IMG/VR virus record: IMGVR_UViG_3300024999_000067
Coordinates: 22,589-86,588 of that record
Origin: a virus
Length of the DNA stretch: 64,000 bases
Reading direction: 5' to 3' (one strand)
Below, piece after piece: positions 1-10,023 of this stretch; within the stretch, counting starts at the first letter, position 1; every line of letters begins with the position of its first letter. The notes beneath the pieces are model-generated. The model was not told the origin of the DNA, made no database searches, and worked only from the letters and a program-made list of their open reading frames with translations. The translations under genes and the position numbers were made by a program.

Positions 1-548
1 GTGGCACTAATATTTTGCCTTGTTTTTGGAATGTGGATATTCATATTGAAAAACATTTACTAGATGTGGCTCTTGATGGTACATGGGTATCAGAAGGTTT
101 TGTGAAATCACCGCATGATTTTCCCAGGAATCATTTTAATACAATATTAGCGGAAATGTGCTTGGAACACATTCACCAAGATTTAATTCCTAATATTTTA
201 TTTAGTTTTTACCACTCTTTGGCAGAGGATGGGGGACTGGAAATAATTGTTCCTAATTTTTATAAATTAGCAAAGAGCTTGGTTGAATTAGAAGAAAATG
301 ATTCTGGTTTGATTTACGTAGATGGAATGCGGAATGTTACCAATGAATTTTTGGACCCATCTATGGATGACATAGGATTTGCTAGAGGACACCAATCTAT
401 TTGGACAAAAAAGTCCGCATACAGATGGCTTCATAATGAAGGGTTTATAAATATGGGATTTACTGAAATTGATAATTGGCATGTAAAAATAACAGCAATA
501 AAGCCCGCTAATAACTTTTATGGTTCCCCAATAAATAGACATGAGTAG
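1..548 (+). CDS. Class I SAM-dependent methyltransferase (5' end outside window)
   Basis: Frame is open from the window edge (GTNILPCFWNVD, the end of a GxG motif I); LEHI..L...G.L.I.VP is typical of Methyltransf_11-like proteins. Confidence 0.65.
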   Translation, partial: GTNILPCFWNVDIHIEKHLLDVALDGTWVSEGFVKSPHDFPRNHFNTILAEMCLEHIHQDLIPNILFSFYHSLAEDGGLEIIVPNFYKLAKSLVELEENDSGLIYVDGMRNVTNEFLDPSMDDIGFARGHQSIWTKKSAYRWLHNEGFINMGFTEIDNWHVKITAIKPANNFYGSPINRHE

Positions 549-1080
549 AATACTATTAACGCAAAAAGAATTTATTGAAAAATTTCAATATGTAGATGGT
601 GAATTGTTTAGAAAGAAAACTACTTCTGCTAGAGCAAGGCAAGGGGATAAAGTTGGTTACCCTGACAAGAATAAATATTTACAAGTCAGAGTAAATTATA
701 GATTGTACTATATAAGTGTAATAGTATGGGTAATGCATACTGGAAAATACCCATTAGGAATAATAGATCATATTGATAGAGATACTTATAATAACCGAAT
801 AGAAAATTTAAGGGATACTACAAAATCGGGCAATAGTATTAATTCAAAAATTAGGGAGGATAATAAATCAGGTGTACGCGGGGTATGTTGGGATAAAGGT
901 AGGGAAAAATGGAGAATGTTTATAACTCTTAATAGTAAACGGCAATCTCTTGGGTACCATAATGATTTTACAGAAGCTGTTTTTATCCGTTTTGCAGCAG
1001 AACAAAGTTGTGGTTTTGCCAAATGGGATAAAAACAGCTCCGCTTATCAATATGTAAAAACTATGGTTAAAATAAAATGA
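541..1080 (+). CDS. HNH homing endonuclease with C-terminal AP2-like DNA-binding domain
   Basis: IDHIDRDTYNNRIENLR HNH motif; NKSGVRGVCWDK..KW AP2/NUMOD-type tail. Confidence 0.85.
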   Translation: MSRILLTQKEFIEKFQYVDGELFRKKTTSARARQGDKVGYPDKNKYLQVRVNYRLYYISVIVWVMHTGKYPLGIIDHIDRDTYNNRIENLRDTTKSGNSINSKIREDNKSGVRGVCWDKGREKWRMFITLNSKRQSLGYHNDFTEAVFIRFAAEQSCGFAKWDKNSSAYQYVKTMVKIK

Positions 1081-2897
1081 GTAATATCAATATGGTGCTA
1101 GATAGTGGCGCATTTTCGGCGGACCAGAAAGGCACTGAAGTAGATGTTTACAAGTACATGGATTTTATCCGTGAGAACAAAGTAAAATTATATTTCAACC
1201 TTGATGTTATCGGTAGTGCTGAAGGTTCTTGGAAAAATCAGGAGATAATGGAGAAGAGCGGGTTTAGCCCATTACCAGTATTTCACGTAGAAGACGAAGA
1301 AAGATACCTAGACAGGTGCATAAGCGATTACCGATACTTTGCATTAGGCGGAATGGCAGGGGGAGTATCAGAGCAGTCAAGGGAAAGATTCCTTGACAGA
1401 TGCTGGGAAAAGATTTGCCCTGCACCAACATATATGCCCACAAACAAAGTACATGGTTTAGGTTTAGCTAGTCCGTTATTGATTTCTAAATACCCGTGGT
1501 ATTGTATGACAGAAGAGGACCATACAGTATTGACAAAATCTGGTTGGAAAGCGTTAAAAGATTTAACTATCGGTACAGAGATTTTATGCTTCAATAAAGG
1601 AGTATCAAAATGGGAGGAAATACTAGAGATACCTATATTTCCCGTGATTAATGCTACCATAAATAGGATGTTTAATCGAAACTTTGATTCATTTACATCT
1701 GATAATCATAGATGGAATATTTTTAGTAGAAAAGGAGAATATAAATGGAAAACAGAAAAAGAATTTGTAGCCAATGATACTATTCCAAGAATAGGAGAGT
1801 ATACTTTTCCCACTAAAAAAATATATTCGGATGAACAAGTTTCCGCTTTAGCTTGGTTTTGGACAGATGGGACCATAAAAGGAAGGAAAAACTATAAAAG
1901 TTCCAGTATTGTATTATACCAATCAGTAAAAGCAAACCCACAAAAATGTGATATTATACGGGATATTCTAATAAAGAGTGGGGAAAAATATTGTGAAATG
2001 AAACCTACTGGTGGTAATGGTATAATAGCTTTTGAACTGTATGGGGAACTTTGTAAATGGTTACTGAGTATTGCTCCTAATAAGGAACTACCAGAGTTCC
2101 TTCCTCTTCAATTAACCAAGGGGCAAACTAATTTATTCATTGAGCAAAGTATTCTTGCTGATGGTTTCAGGGGAAGGTTAGTACGAACTGACGGTTTTGG
2201 TATATCTGTCAGTAGGGGGTATAAAAGAAAAAATTTAGAGATACTACGGATAATGTGCTTGTTGTATGGAATACCTACTTCTATGAATTATACAGATGGT
2301 TATTCCAAATTGGCTTCTTCTTCTGTTAATAGAATTTATATTGGTAATGTAACAAAAGAAAAAGTTAAATACACTGGTAATCTGTGGTGTGTTCGTGTTC
2401 CGTCAGGGGCATTTTTTACTAAATGCAAAGAGAAAATATATGTAACTGGAAATTCGGCCGACACAGCCAGTGGTATACATTACGGTAGATATGGAATTAT
2501 TATTATTCCTAGAATGAAACATGGCGGGGAACCAGACTACCTGTCACCACCTTATTCAATCTATATAACGGAAAGGTCTTCTACTGTACAGGTAGAAGGA
2601 AAGCATATACGGAATGTTGCTCCGTCTGTCAGAAAATGGATATATGAATACATTGTTTCCAGAGGGTTTGCTGTAGGCAAGATTGATCTTGTTCCAGTTC
2701 CGAAAGGGTATGAACTACAGGAAGGGGAAAAGTTTACTGGTAAAGAAAAGGTATTGATTGAACGGGTAATTGAACCTGGGGTTGTTTCTAATGGTACAAT
2801 CCGAGATTACTTTAACTTAGATTTTTACCTACAGATGGAGAAGGCTATTCCCGCTTGGCCTTGGCCATATAAACCTAAAATGAAAAGGATGTTTTAA
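1077..2897 (+). CDS. dpdA: TGT-like DNA 7-deazaguanine transglycosylase (DpdA family), intein-containing
   Basis: LDSGAFS, NLDVIG, PVFH, ALGGMA, VHGLG and PWY/SAD motifs of phage TGT/DpdA proteins. Confidence 0.7.
   Translation: MSNINMVLDSGAFSADQKGTEVDVYKYMDFIRENKVKLYFNLDVIGSAEGSWKNQEIMEKSGFSPLPVFHVEDEERYLDRCISDYRYFALGGMAGGVSEQSRERFLDRCWEKICPAPTYMPTNKVHGLGLASPLLISKYPWYCMTEEDHTVLTKSGWKALKDLTIGTEILCFNKGVSKWEEILEIPIFPVINATINRMFNRNFDSFTSDNHRWNIFSRKGEYKWKTEKEFVANDTIPRIGEYTFPTKKIYSDEQVSALAWFWTDGTIKGRKNYKSSSIVLYQSVKANPQKCDIIRDILIKSGEKYCEMKPTGGNGIIAFELYGELCKWLLSIAPNKELPEFLPLQLTKGQTNLFIEQSILADGFRGRLVRTDGFGISVSRGYKRKNLEILRIMCLLYGIPTSMNYTDGYSKLASSSVNRIYIGNVTKEKVKYTGNLWCVRVPSGAFFTKCKEKIYVTGNSADTASGIHYGRYGIIIIPRMKHGGEPDYLSPPYSIYITERSSTVQVEGKHIRNVAPSVRKWIYEYIVSRGFAVGKIDLVPVPKGYELQEGEKFTGKEKVLIERVIEPGVVSNGTIRDYFNLDFYLQMEKAIPAWPWPYKPKMKRMF
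1503..2453 (+). mobile_element. Intein (317 aa) with LAGLIDADG homing endonuclease
   Basis: Begins CMTEEDHTVLTKSGWK (block A); TSDNH (block B); LAWFWTDG and SILADG (LAGLIDADG-like); ends LWCVRVPSGAFF...VTGN followed by extein Ser. Confidence 0.9.
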
Positions 2898-2979
2898 TGA
2901 AAATACTTCTGATAGTGGTAGCAGTGTATGTGGTACAGATACTTCTGTTAAAGCTTAACGGTTACAAAGGAGGGAAGTT

Positions 2980-3222
2980 TTGATTCTTTATCTCGCAGGT
3001 GGATTCCACTTTAGTAATACTGTAGAGTCCGAGAAAAAACTAGCGGTGCAAATGATTTCCCTATATAATCGATACAATAGACTTGCAACTTTCTTCTACC
3101 AGAAGGATGCACGAAACATAATAACTGTCATGGAGGAATTAAATGGAGACAAAGGAATTGGTACGGATAGTCAATCTTCTCATGGTTGCAGTAGAGAGGA
3201 AAGCAGTAGTATCCCAGTATGA
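2980..3222 (+). CDS. Small protein resembling the N-terminal LYLAG segment of DpdA-like proteins
   Basis: MILYLAGG...NRLATFFY; GGAGG Shine-Dalgarno (SD) upstream of a TTG start. Confidence 0.5.
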   Translation: MILYLAGGFHFSNTVESEKKLAVQMISLYNRYNRLATFFYQKDARNIITVMEELNGDKGIGTDSQSSHGCSREESSSIPV

Positions 3223-4222
3223 TCACGTAGTGTTCTATGGTGGTGCAATCTCAACATTTAACGGTAAGATATTTATTTCCCACCCTGTTGATCTTGATCT
3301 GGAATGTTCTGTTCCAGCAGAAGACTTGTTAAACATTCTGAAGACGGTAGAAGACAAAGAAGTAACATTGACGGTGGACAAAAATCTGTTGAAGATTAAA
3401 TCCAGTGATGTAGAAGCAGAACTGTCCACCGATGTTTACGAAGACAATGTTGTTAAAACCATTAAGTTTCTGGACATTGGTAAATTTAACAAAACCGATT
3501 ACAAGAAGGCAGCCAAAGAATTCATCCAGGCATTGAACGATTGCCGTTTCAGTGTTGGTAAAGATGTATCCTGTTCCCATAATTCCTTCTGCATTCATGT
3601 GGTTGAGGAAGCTGTGGAATCTACTGACGGTTACAGGTGCTCAGAATATATAATGGATTCTGTTATGGATGAGATGCTTTTACCAGTATCTTCAGTAAAT
3701 TCTCTCTTGTCCTTTGCCCCTGTCTACTATGTACTTGACAATGGCTGGGCACATTTTATCGATGAAAACGATGTTTTCTTTTCTATATCGGTTATCAAGG
3801 GAACCTTTCCAGATGTTCCTAAGATCATGGATAGAGCAAAGGCAGAAGTGGAAGTGGCATTACCGATTCAGATAGCAAATATTCTAAGTGAATTTGGGAA
3901 GCTCTCTTCAGGGGAGACTGATATTTACAAGTTCATGGAAGTGGAAATTAAAGGTAAGGAAATTATCTGTAAGACGGATAAGCAGGGCTGTTCGGTAAAG
4001 AAAAAGATTCCTTTTCCCGAAAGCCAAACTGACCTAACATTCCTTATCAGTCCCACGTTGCTGAACAGTGTATTATCGAAAACGAATATTATCGGTATAA
4101 ACTATACCAGTAACATGGCATCCTTTTCTTCAAAGAACTTTACTCATGTAATGGTTCTGCCTGAAGGGAAGGAAGTGAAAGAGGAAGTATATACTGGAAC
4201 AGGTTCCGACGTCCCTTTTTAG
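3143..4222 (+). CDS. dnaN: DNA polymerase III beta-like sliding clamp
   Basis: 359 aa; STDGYR motif and GTFPDV linker typical of beta clamps. Confidence 0.7.
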   Translation: METKELVRIVNLLMVAVERKAVVSQYDHVVFYGGAISTFNGKIFISHPVDLDLECSVPAEDLLNILKTVEDKEVTLTVDKNLLKIKSSDVEAELSTDVYEDNVVKTIKFLDIGKFNKTDYKKAAKEFIQALNDCRFSVGKDVSCSHNSFCIHVVEEAVESTDGYRCSEYIMDSVMDEMLLPVSSVNSLLSFAPVYYVLDNGWAHFIDENDVFFSISVIKGTFPDVPKIMDRAKAEVEVALPIQIANILSEFGKLSSGETDIYKFMEVEIKGKEIICKTDKQGCSVKKKIPFPESQTDLTFLISPTLLNSVLSKTNIIGINYTSNMASFSSKNFTHVMVLPEGKEVKEEVYTGTGSDVPF

Positions 4223-4371
4223 GATGGTACAAATGGTATATGTAAACGATAAGTATGTGGAACCGGAAGTGTTATGGTGCAGAAGATGTGGAAAAGTTAT
4301 TTTAGTAGTAGTTTTTCCTGGAATGCAACCAGAACACTTACTTTGCGAAGACTGTAAACTGGAGAGGAAAC

Positions 4372-5316
4372 ATGAAAACAAAAACCATTAAGACAGTGCT
4401 GCGAAAGAAGATTGACAGTTGGCTGAAGTCTATTGCTAATGAAAGAATCCGTAAGATTGCAGAAGAGAATACAATAGTAACTGGTGGTTGCATAGCCAGT
4501 ATGCTGTTGGGAGAAAAGGTAAATGATTACGATATATATTTCCGTTCACAGTTAGCAGCAAAAGAGATTGCAGAGTATTACATTGGATTGTTTTCCATTA
4601 AGAACAGGGAAGGAATTCCATGTAAAATCTATGTAGAGTCTACTGAAGACAGGGTAAAGATTGTGGTTAAGTCTGCTGGTATTGCAAGTGCAGATGGAAC
4701 AGAAAAACCGTATGAATATTTTGAAGGATCACCAGAACAGAATGCTTCCAATTATGTATCAGAAGTAATGCAGGACCCAGGAGAAATTGAAGATAAGTTT
4801 GAAGAGGTATCGGAAAAGATTGAAGATCAGGCAGAAGATACCGATACCCAGTACAAGCCTGTCTTCCTGAGTACAAATGCAATTACTTTGAGTGGTAAGA
4901 TTCAGATGGTGTTCCGTTTCTTTGGGGAACCTGAAGAAATCCACAAGTATTACGACTTCATGCATTGTACAAATTACTGGACAAGTTGGGACGATAAACT
5001 GGAACTGAAGAAAGAAGCATTAGCCTGTTTGCTTTCCAGAGAATTGATTTATGTTGGCAGCAAATATCCGATATGCTCTATCTTTCGTGTCCGTAAGTTT
5101 ATTAAACGTAACTTTACCATTAATGCTGGGCAAATTCTGAAAATCTGTATGCAGATATCGGAACTGGATTTAACCAAGATAGAAGTATTGCAGGATCAGC
5201 TTACTGGTGTAGACTGTGCTTACTTTCTAGAAGTTATTGGTAAGTTGAAAGAGAAAGATCCAGAGGTTGTAAATTCAGCCTATCTTATTGAAATAATTGA
5301 TCGCATGTTTAATTAA
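4372..5316 (+). CDS. Pol-beta-superfamily nucleotidyltransferase
   Basis: VTGGCIAS...VNDYDIYF (GG...DxD) signature; downstream YDF.HC motif. Confidence 0.65.
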   Translation: MKTKTIKTVLRKKIDSWLKSIANERIRKIAEENTIVTGGCIASMLLGEKVNDYDIYFRSQLAAKEIAEYYIGLFSIKNREGIPCKIYVESTEDRVKIVVKSAGIASADGTEKPYEYFEGSPEQNASNYVSEVMQDPGEIEDKFEEVSEKIEDQAEDTDTQYKPVFLSTNAITLSGKIQMVFRFFGEPEEIHKYYDFMHCTNYWTSWDDKLELKKEALACLLSRELIYVGSKYPICSIFRVRKFIKRNFTINAGQILKICMQISELDLTKIEVLQDQLTGVDCAYFLEVIGKLKEKDPEVVNSAYLIEIIDRMFN

Positions 5317-5326
5317 TGGAGAAAAT

Positions 5327-5857
5327 ATGATTGATATAATGCTGGATCTTGAGACTATGGGAAATGGTAACAATGCTGCTATTGCCGCTATTGGTGCTGT
5401 AAACTTTGATCTTACTACTGGTGAAATAGGAGAAGGGTTCTATGAAGTAGTTGATCTGGAATCTTCTGTTAGACATGGTGGTGTTATGGATGTTTCTACC
5501 GTATTATGGTGGATGCAACAATCAGATACAGCAAGAGCCGAGTTTAAGCGGGAAGGGAAACATATACAAATGGCATTAGTGTCCTTCCAAACATATCTTG
5601 CATCTTTTACAGGGGAAGTAGCCTTATGGGGTAACGGTGCTGTTTTCGATAATGTAATTCTAAAATCGGCTTATGATCGTGGTGGATTGATTCTACCGTG
5701 GCACTTTAAAAACGATAGGTGTTACAGAACAATGCGGGCAATGCTCCCTGTTGTAGAATTGCCTGAGATTGCTGGTACCCATCATAGAGCTATTGATGAT
5801 GCAAGGTGGCAAGCCCAGTATCTTATTGAAGCATGGAAGTTAAGAGAACAAAATTAA
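5327..5857 (+). CDS. DEDDh 3'-5' exonuclease (Rv2179c/ExoVIII-like)
   Basis: MLDLETMG, WGNGAVFDN, RCYRT, HRAIDDA motifs. Confidence 0.85.
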   Translation: MIDIMLDLETMGNGNNAAIAAIGAVNFDLTTGEIGEGFYEVVDLESSVRHGGVMDVSTVLWWMQQSDTARAEFKREGKHIQMALVSFQTYLASFTGEVALWGNGAVFDNVILKSAYDRGGLILPWHFKNDRCYRTMRAMLPVVELPEIAGTHHRAIDDARWQAQYLIEAWKLREQN

Positions 5858-5881
5858 TGGGGACTTTCCCAAGGTGAATTA

Positions 5882-8482
5882 ATGAAGATAAAGAGTTTCT
5901 GGAATGATGGGCCTGCCATCAGTGAGGATTGTGATTCCTGTGGTCTACACACAATCTGTAAATCACCATTCTCAAAACATTATGGTAATGGTAGACTGAA
6001 TGCTTTGATCATTACTGGTAAACCTTCTGCTATAGAGGACAGTAAAGGGTTTGGTTTCTCAGGGGAAACAATGGATACCATGAAGGAATTCTTTTCCAGT
6101 GTAGGAGTGAACCTGGAGAACAATTTCTGGAAAACATCCGCTGTTTCCTGTTACTGTAAAGGGGAAATAAAAGATGACCATATACTGAAATGTAAACCGA
6201 ATCTGATAGCCAAGATCAAGGAACTGAAACCGAAGTATATTCTAACTGTTGGGAATGCTGCAACGAAAGCGGTTCTTGGTAAGATAGGAAGGAAAACTCC
6301 ACAACTAGAAACTCTGGTTATGAGAGCTATTCCCGTACATGAATATGGTGCCTGGGTCTTGCCTATGCTGAACCCAGGCAAGATGAAGACAGAGAATCAG
6401 AAAGCTTATTTCGGCAGACTGGTTAAGTTTGTCATGAACGAAATAAAACAGAAGAAAGAATTGTTAAAGGTAAATCCATTTGAAAATGTAAAAGTCCTAA
6501 TCGAGTACAAGGATATTATAAATGGATTGGAAGACCTGTTATCCGATTCTGATTTCGTTTCCTCAATCGATATTGAAGGAACTGGTTTAAAACCACAGTA
6601 TGAAAAACACTGTATTACTTCTGTTGGTATATCTACCAGAAAGGGAACAATATCTTTTCCACTTGATCACAGTGAGGTTTCTTTTTCCGATCAAGCATAC
6701 GACAATATTGTTGAATTACTTGTGGAATATCTGGAAAGAGAAGATATAAAAAAGATTGCCCACAAGTTACAGTTTGACACAATGTGGTTAGAAACTATTC
6801 TTGGCTGTCACGTTAATGGATGGTTACAATGTACCAATATAAATCAACATCTTCTTGATCACAGAACAGGGGCCAAAGGATTGAAGGAACTTTGTTTCCT
6901 TAAATGGGGTATCAGAGATTACGATAAAAAAGCCGACAAGTATATTGAAGCAGACAGGCAGGGGGCAAAGGAACTCAACAGAATGCGGGAAATGCCCCTG
7001 TACGATCAATTACTCTATGTAGGTGCTGATGCCTATCTTACCCTTAAACTAAGCGATGCCGAGGACGAAGAATATCGGCAACTTGATTCTAAGAAAAAAC
7101 ATTACCCTCGTATCCTGTTTACAGAAAGTGCCAGAACTTTATGCACTATGCAAGAGAATGGTATTCCAATAAATGCGGAATATTATGTAAAGGCAGAAGC
7201 AGAAGTAACTGGTAAGATCCAGGATTTAGAAGAAAAGATAGCCAATGAACCGTATGTAAAGAAGTTTACCAATCTGTATCGAAAGAAATTTGAGCATTCA
7301 AAGCCAGCCGATTTGAAGAGACTGTTCTTTGAAGTGATGAAACTAGATGCTAAGAAACTGGGAACTACCGATGGTGGCAATATCTCTTTAGATGAAAAGG
7401 CATTGAAAGATATTGGTTTGCCCATATGTGAAAATATCCTGTCACTGAGAAAGTTATTGAAGGTACGGGATACATACCTGTCCCAGTTTGCAAGAGAAGA
7501 GGTTAATGGAAAGATTCATCCATTTTTTAATCTGACTATTGCCCGAAGTTTTAGGTCAAGTTCCAACCAACCGAATTTCCAGAACATTCCGAAGCGGGAT
7601 GATTATGCTAAGAAGATAACAAGAACTGGTATTGTAACTGAACCTGACTGTGGTATTGGTGAGATTGACTTTTCGGGAGTTGAGGTTTGTACATCGGCAG
7701 CGTATCATAAAGATCCAAACTTTATTGCATACCTGACTGTAGAAGGTTCCGATATGCATAGGGATAATGCTTGTGATATTTGGCAGGTACGTAAAGAGAA
7801 CCTAGATGAAGATGGAAAGATCAGATTCTATATAAAGAATCAATGGACATTCCCTCAGTTCTATGGGGATTACTGGGGAAGTTGTGGTCCTACTTTATGG
7901 GAAACTGCTATCGAGAAAGAGAAGTTTATTCTACGGGACGGTACTCCATTAGTGGAACACATGCATAATAAGGGAATCCATAATGTAGACGATTTCCTCA
8001 AGCATTGCAAGAAAGCCGAAGAGAAAATGTGGAATGAACGGTTTAAAGTTTATACTGCATGGAAGAAAGAAGTAAACGATTTCTATATTAAGTACGGTTA
8101 CGTGGAAACGTATTTAGGTTTCAGATTTTATGGTCTACTGGACAGAAAGCAGACAACCAATTACCCCATACAGGGAACAGCGTTTCATATCCTGCTGTGG
8201 TCTATCAACCGTATACAGGAGTTTATCAAGAAAGAGAAATTACGGTCATACCTTTGTGGTCAGATTCATGATTCTTTGGTGTTTCAGTGGTACCCAGAGG
8301 AACGTGATTACTTATTGACGGAGATGAATGAAGTATGTTCTAAGAGAGTGCTGAAGGAATTTGAATGGATCAACGTCCCTTTCAAAATTGATGTGGAATT
8401 GTCAAAGGTAAATGGTAATTTTGCAGGGTTATCTAAATATGTAAAATCGGGGGATATATGGGTACCGAAACCAAAGAAGTAA
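5882..8482 (+). CDS. polA: Family A DNA polymerase with N-terminal uracil-DNA-glycosylase-like domain and 3'-5' exonuclease
   Basis: CDSCGL..C UDG4-like N-terminus; DIEGTG exo I; RSSSNQPNFQNIP, DFSGVE (motif A), K..FPQFYG (B), QIHDS (C). Confidence 0.92.
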   Translation: MKIKSFWNDGPAISEDCDSCGLHTICKSPFSKHYGNGRLNALIITGKPSAIEDSKGFGFSGETMDTMKEFFSSVGVNLENNFWKTSAVSCYCKGEIKDDHILKCKPNLIAKIKELKPKYILTVGNAATKAVLGKIGRKTPQLETLVMRAIPVHEYGAWVLPMLNPGKMKTENQKAYFGRLVKFVMNEIKQKKELLKVNPFENVKVLIEYKDIINGLEDLLSDSDFVSSIDIEGTGLKPQYEKHCITSVGISTRKGTISFPLDHSEVSFSDQAYDNIVELLVEYLEREDIKKIAHKLQFDTMWLETILGCHVNGWLQCTNINQHLLDHRTGAKGLKELCFLKWGIRDYDKKADKYIEADRQGAKELNRMREMPLYDQLLYVGADAYLTLKLSDAEDEEYRQLDSKKKHYPRILFTESARTLCTMQENGIPINAEYYVKAEAEVTGKIQDLEEKIANEPYVKKFTNLYRKKFEHSKPADLKRLFFEVMKLDAKKLGTTDGGNISLDEKALKDIGLPICENILSLRKLLKVRDTYLSQFAREEVNGKIHPFFNLTIARSFRSSSNQPNFQNIPKRDDYAKKITRTGIVTEPDCGIGEIDFSGVEVCTSAAYHKDPNFIAYLTVEGSDMHRDNACDIWQVRKENLDEDGKIRFYIKNQWTFPQFYGDYWGSCGPTLWETAIEKEKFILRDGTPLVEHMHNKGIHNVDDFLKHCKKAEEKMWNERFKVYTAWKKEVNDFYIKYGYVETYLGFRFYGLLDRKQTTNYPIQGTAFHILLWSINRIQEFIKKEKLRSYLCGQIHDSLVFQWYPEERDYLLTEMNEVCSKRVLKEFEWINVPFKIDVELSKVNGNFAGLSKYVKSGDIWVPKPKK

Positions 8483-8851
8483 TGGAAAGCCCAATTTCTT
8501 TTGCTCTTAGATGGATATTTATTTTTTATATGGTGTATACTTGTTACCAAGAAACTGGATTGTTTACTTCCCTTTTATTTATATTTATTTTTATTCAAAT
8601 GGATATACACGCCTATGCTATTCGGAAACTGCTTAATATTCATATAAGGAGGATTAAATGGGAAGAGTGGAAAGCCGATCATTCATAAAGAAAATCTGGT
8701 TCTTTCTTTTATGTCGTATTGGTATTCATAGACGGAAGCAGCACTACGTAGAGAACATAACCACCGATAGTGATGCTGTTATAACAGTGGGTTGGTGGGA
8801 CTGTCACGATTGTGGTGCCAGTAAAATAAACTTCTTTTACGGTAACAAACC

Positions 8852-9025
8852 ATGGCTATAGCAAGAAAGAAGCAAGTAACCCGTATTGAACTTGATCTTA
8901 AAGAGTATGAAGCAAAATGGTTATTGAATATGTTGCAGAATTCCTTTGAAGAAAACGAATCACTGGAACATAAGGAAATAAGGGAATCTCTATTTACCGA
9001 AATAAAGGAGGCTTTGGATGAGTAA
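8852..9025 (+). CDS. Hypothetical protein (57 aa, read from sequence)
   Basis: ATG...TAA filling the gap before the clamp loader, overlapping both neighbours. Confidence 0.45.
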   Translation: MAIARKKQVTRIELDLKEYEAKWLLNMLQNSFEENESLEHKEIRESLFTEIKEALDE

Positions 9026-9950
9026 CAGTTTACCGTTGAAGTATAGACCAGAATATTTTGATGAAGTATATGGCAATGACGCTGCCATTAAATCAGTTGA
9101 ATCAATGCTAGACAGGGATTTTAAAAATATCCCCAAAAGTTGGCTTTTCACAGGAGCAAGTGGTTGTGGCAAGACTACAATGGTCAGGATCATTGCCAGA
9201 ATATTGGAATGTGCTGATACCGATTACCATGAATACAATGCAGCAAATACAAATGGTGTAGACACTATACGGGAGATTAATGCTACGTCAAGACTTTCCC
9301 CTATGGGTGGTAAGGTAAAGGTTATCTTACTCGACGAAAGCCATATGATATCGTCGGCAGCACAGAATGCTATGCTTAAAATGCTTGAAGATTCACCAAA
9401 GTATACATTCTTTTTTCTGGCTACAACAAATCCAGAGAAGATGATTCCAGCAATCAAAACCAGATGTGTTGCAGTAAACATGAAGTCTCTACCGTCTAAC
9501 ACTGCTTATTCTTTAGTTAAGGATATAGCAGAAGCGGAGAAGGTAGCAGTTCCTAATTCAGTTCTGAAAGCTATCAGTATGGCATGTGGTGGTTCTGCAA
9601 GAGAAGCAGTGAAGTTACTGGACCAGGTTATCGATATCGAGAAAGAAGAAGATGCTCTGGATATGATTGAGAAAACCATAAGTTGTGAGACTTCAGTACG
9701 TGACTTATGTATGGCTATGATGGAAGAGAAACCGTGGAAGATTCTATCCAAGATTATAACTGATCTTGATTCAGACCCAGAAGCAGCAAGGAGAAGTATT
9801 CAAGGATGGTTTTCCAAGGTTCTTTTGGATAAAGGGGATATGAGATCCGCTATGATTCTGGAATCATTTTCTGAAAACTATTTTGATAGTGGTAAGGCAG
9901 GGCTGATTCTCTCTTGCTTTTCTGTATTTACGGAGTATAGCAGAAAATGA
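9018..9950 (+). CDS. dnaX: Clamp loader AAA+ ATPase (DnaX gamma/tau-like)
   Basis: KYRP, GASGCGKTT Walker A, LLDESH Walker B, AQNAMLKMLE, TRC arginine finger. Confidence 0.9.
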   Translation: MSNSLPLKYRPEYFDEVYGNDAAIKSVESMLDRDFKNIPKSWLFTGASGCGKTTMVRIIARILECADTDYHEYNAANTNGVDTIREINATSRLSPMGGKVKVILLDESHMISSAAQNAMLKMLEDSPKYTFFFLATTNPEKMIPAIKTRCVAVNMKSLPSNTAYSLVKDIAEAEKVAVPNSVLKAISMACGGSAREAVKLLDQVIDIEKEEDALDMIEKTISCETSVRDLCMAMMEEKPWKILSKIITDLDSDPEAARRSIQGWFSKVLLDKGDMRSAMILESFSENYFDSGKAGLILSCFSVFTEYSRK

Positions 9951-9979
9951 TTGATTCTATTAGTATAGTAAAGTAAACT
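9951..9979 (+). promoter_or_regulatory. Putative sigma70 promoter for recombination genes
   Basis: TTGATT-N17-TAAACT in the intergenic gap. Confidence 0.4.
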
Positions 9980-10023
9980 TATACTTTCAGGAGGGAATAT
10001 TATATTTAACCATAGGAGAAGTT

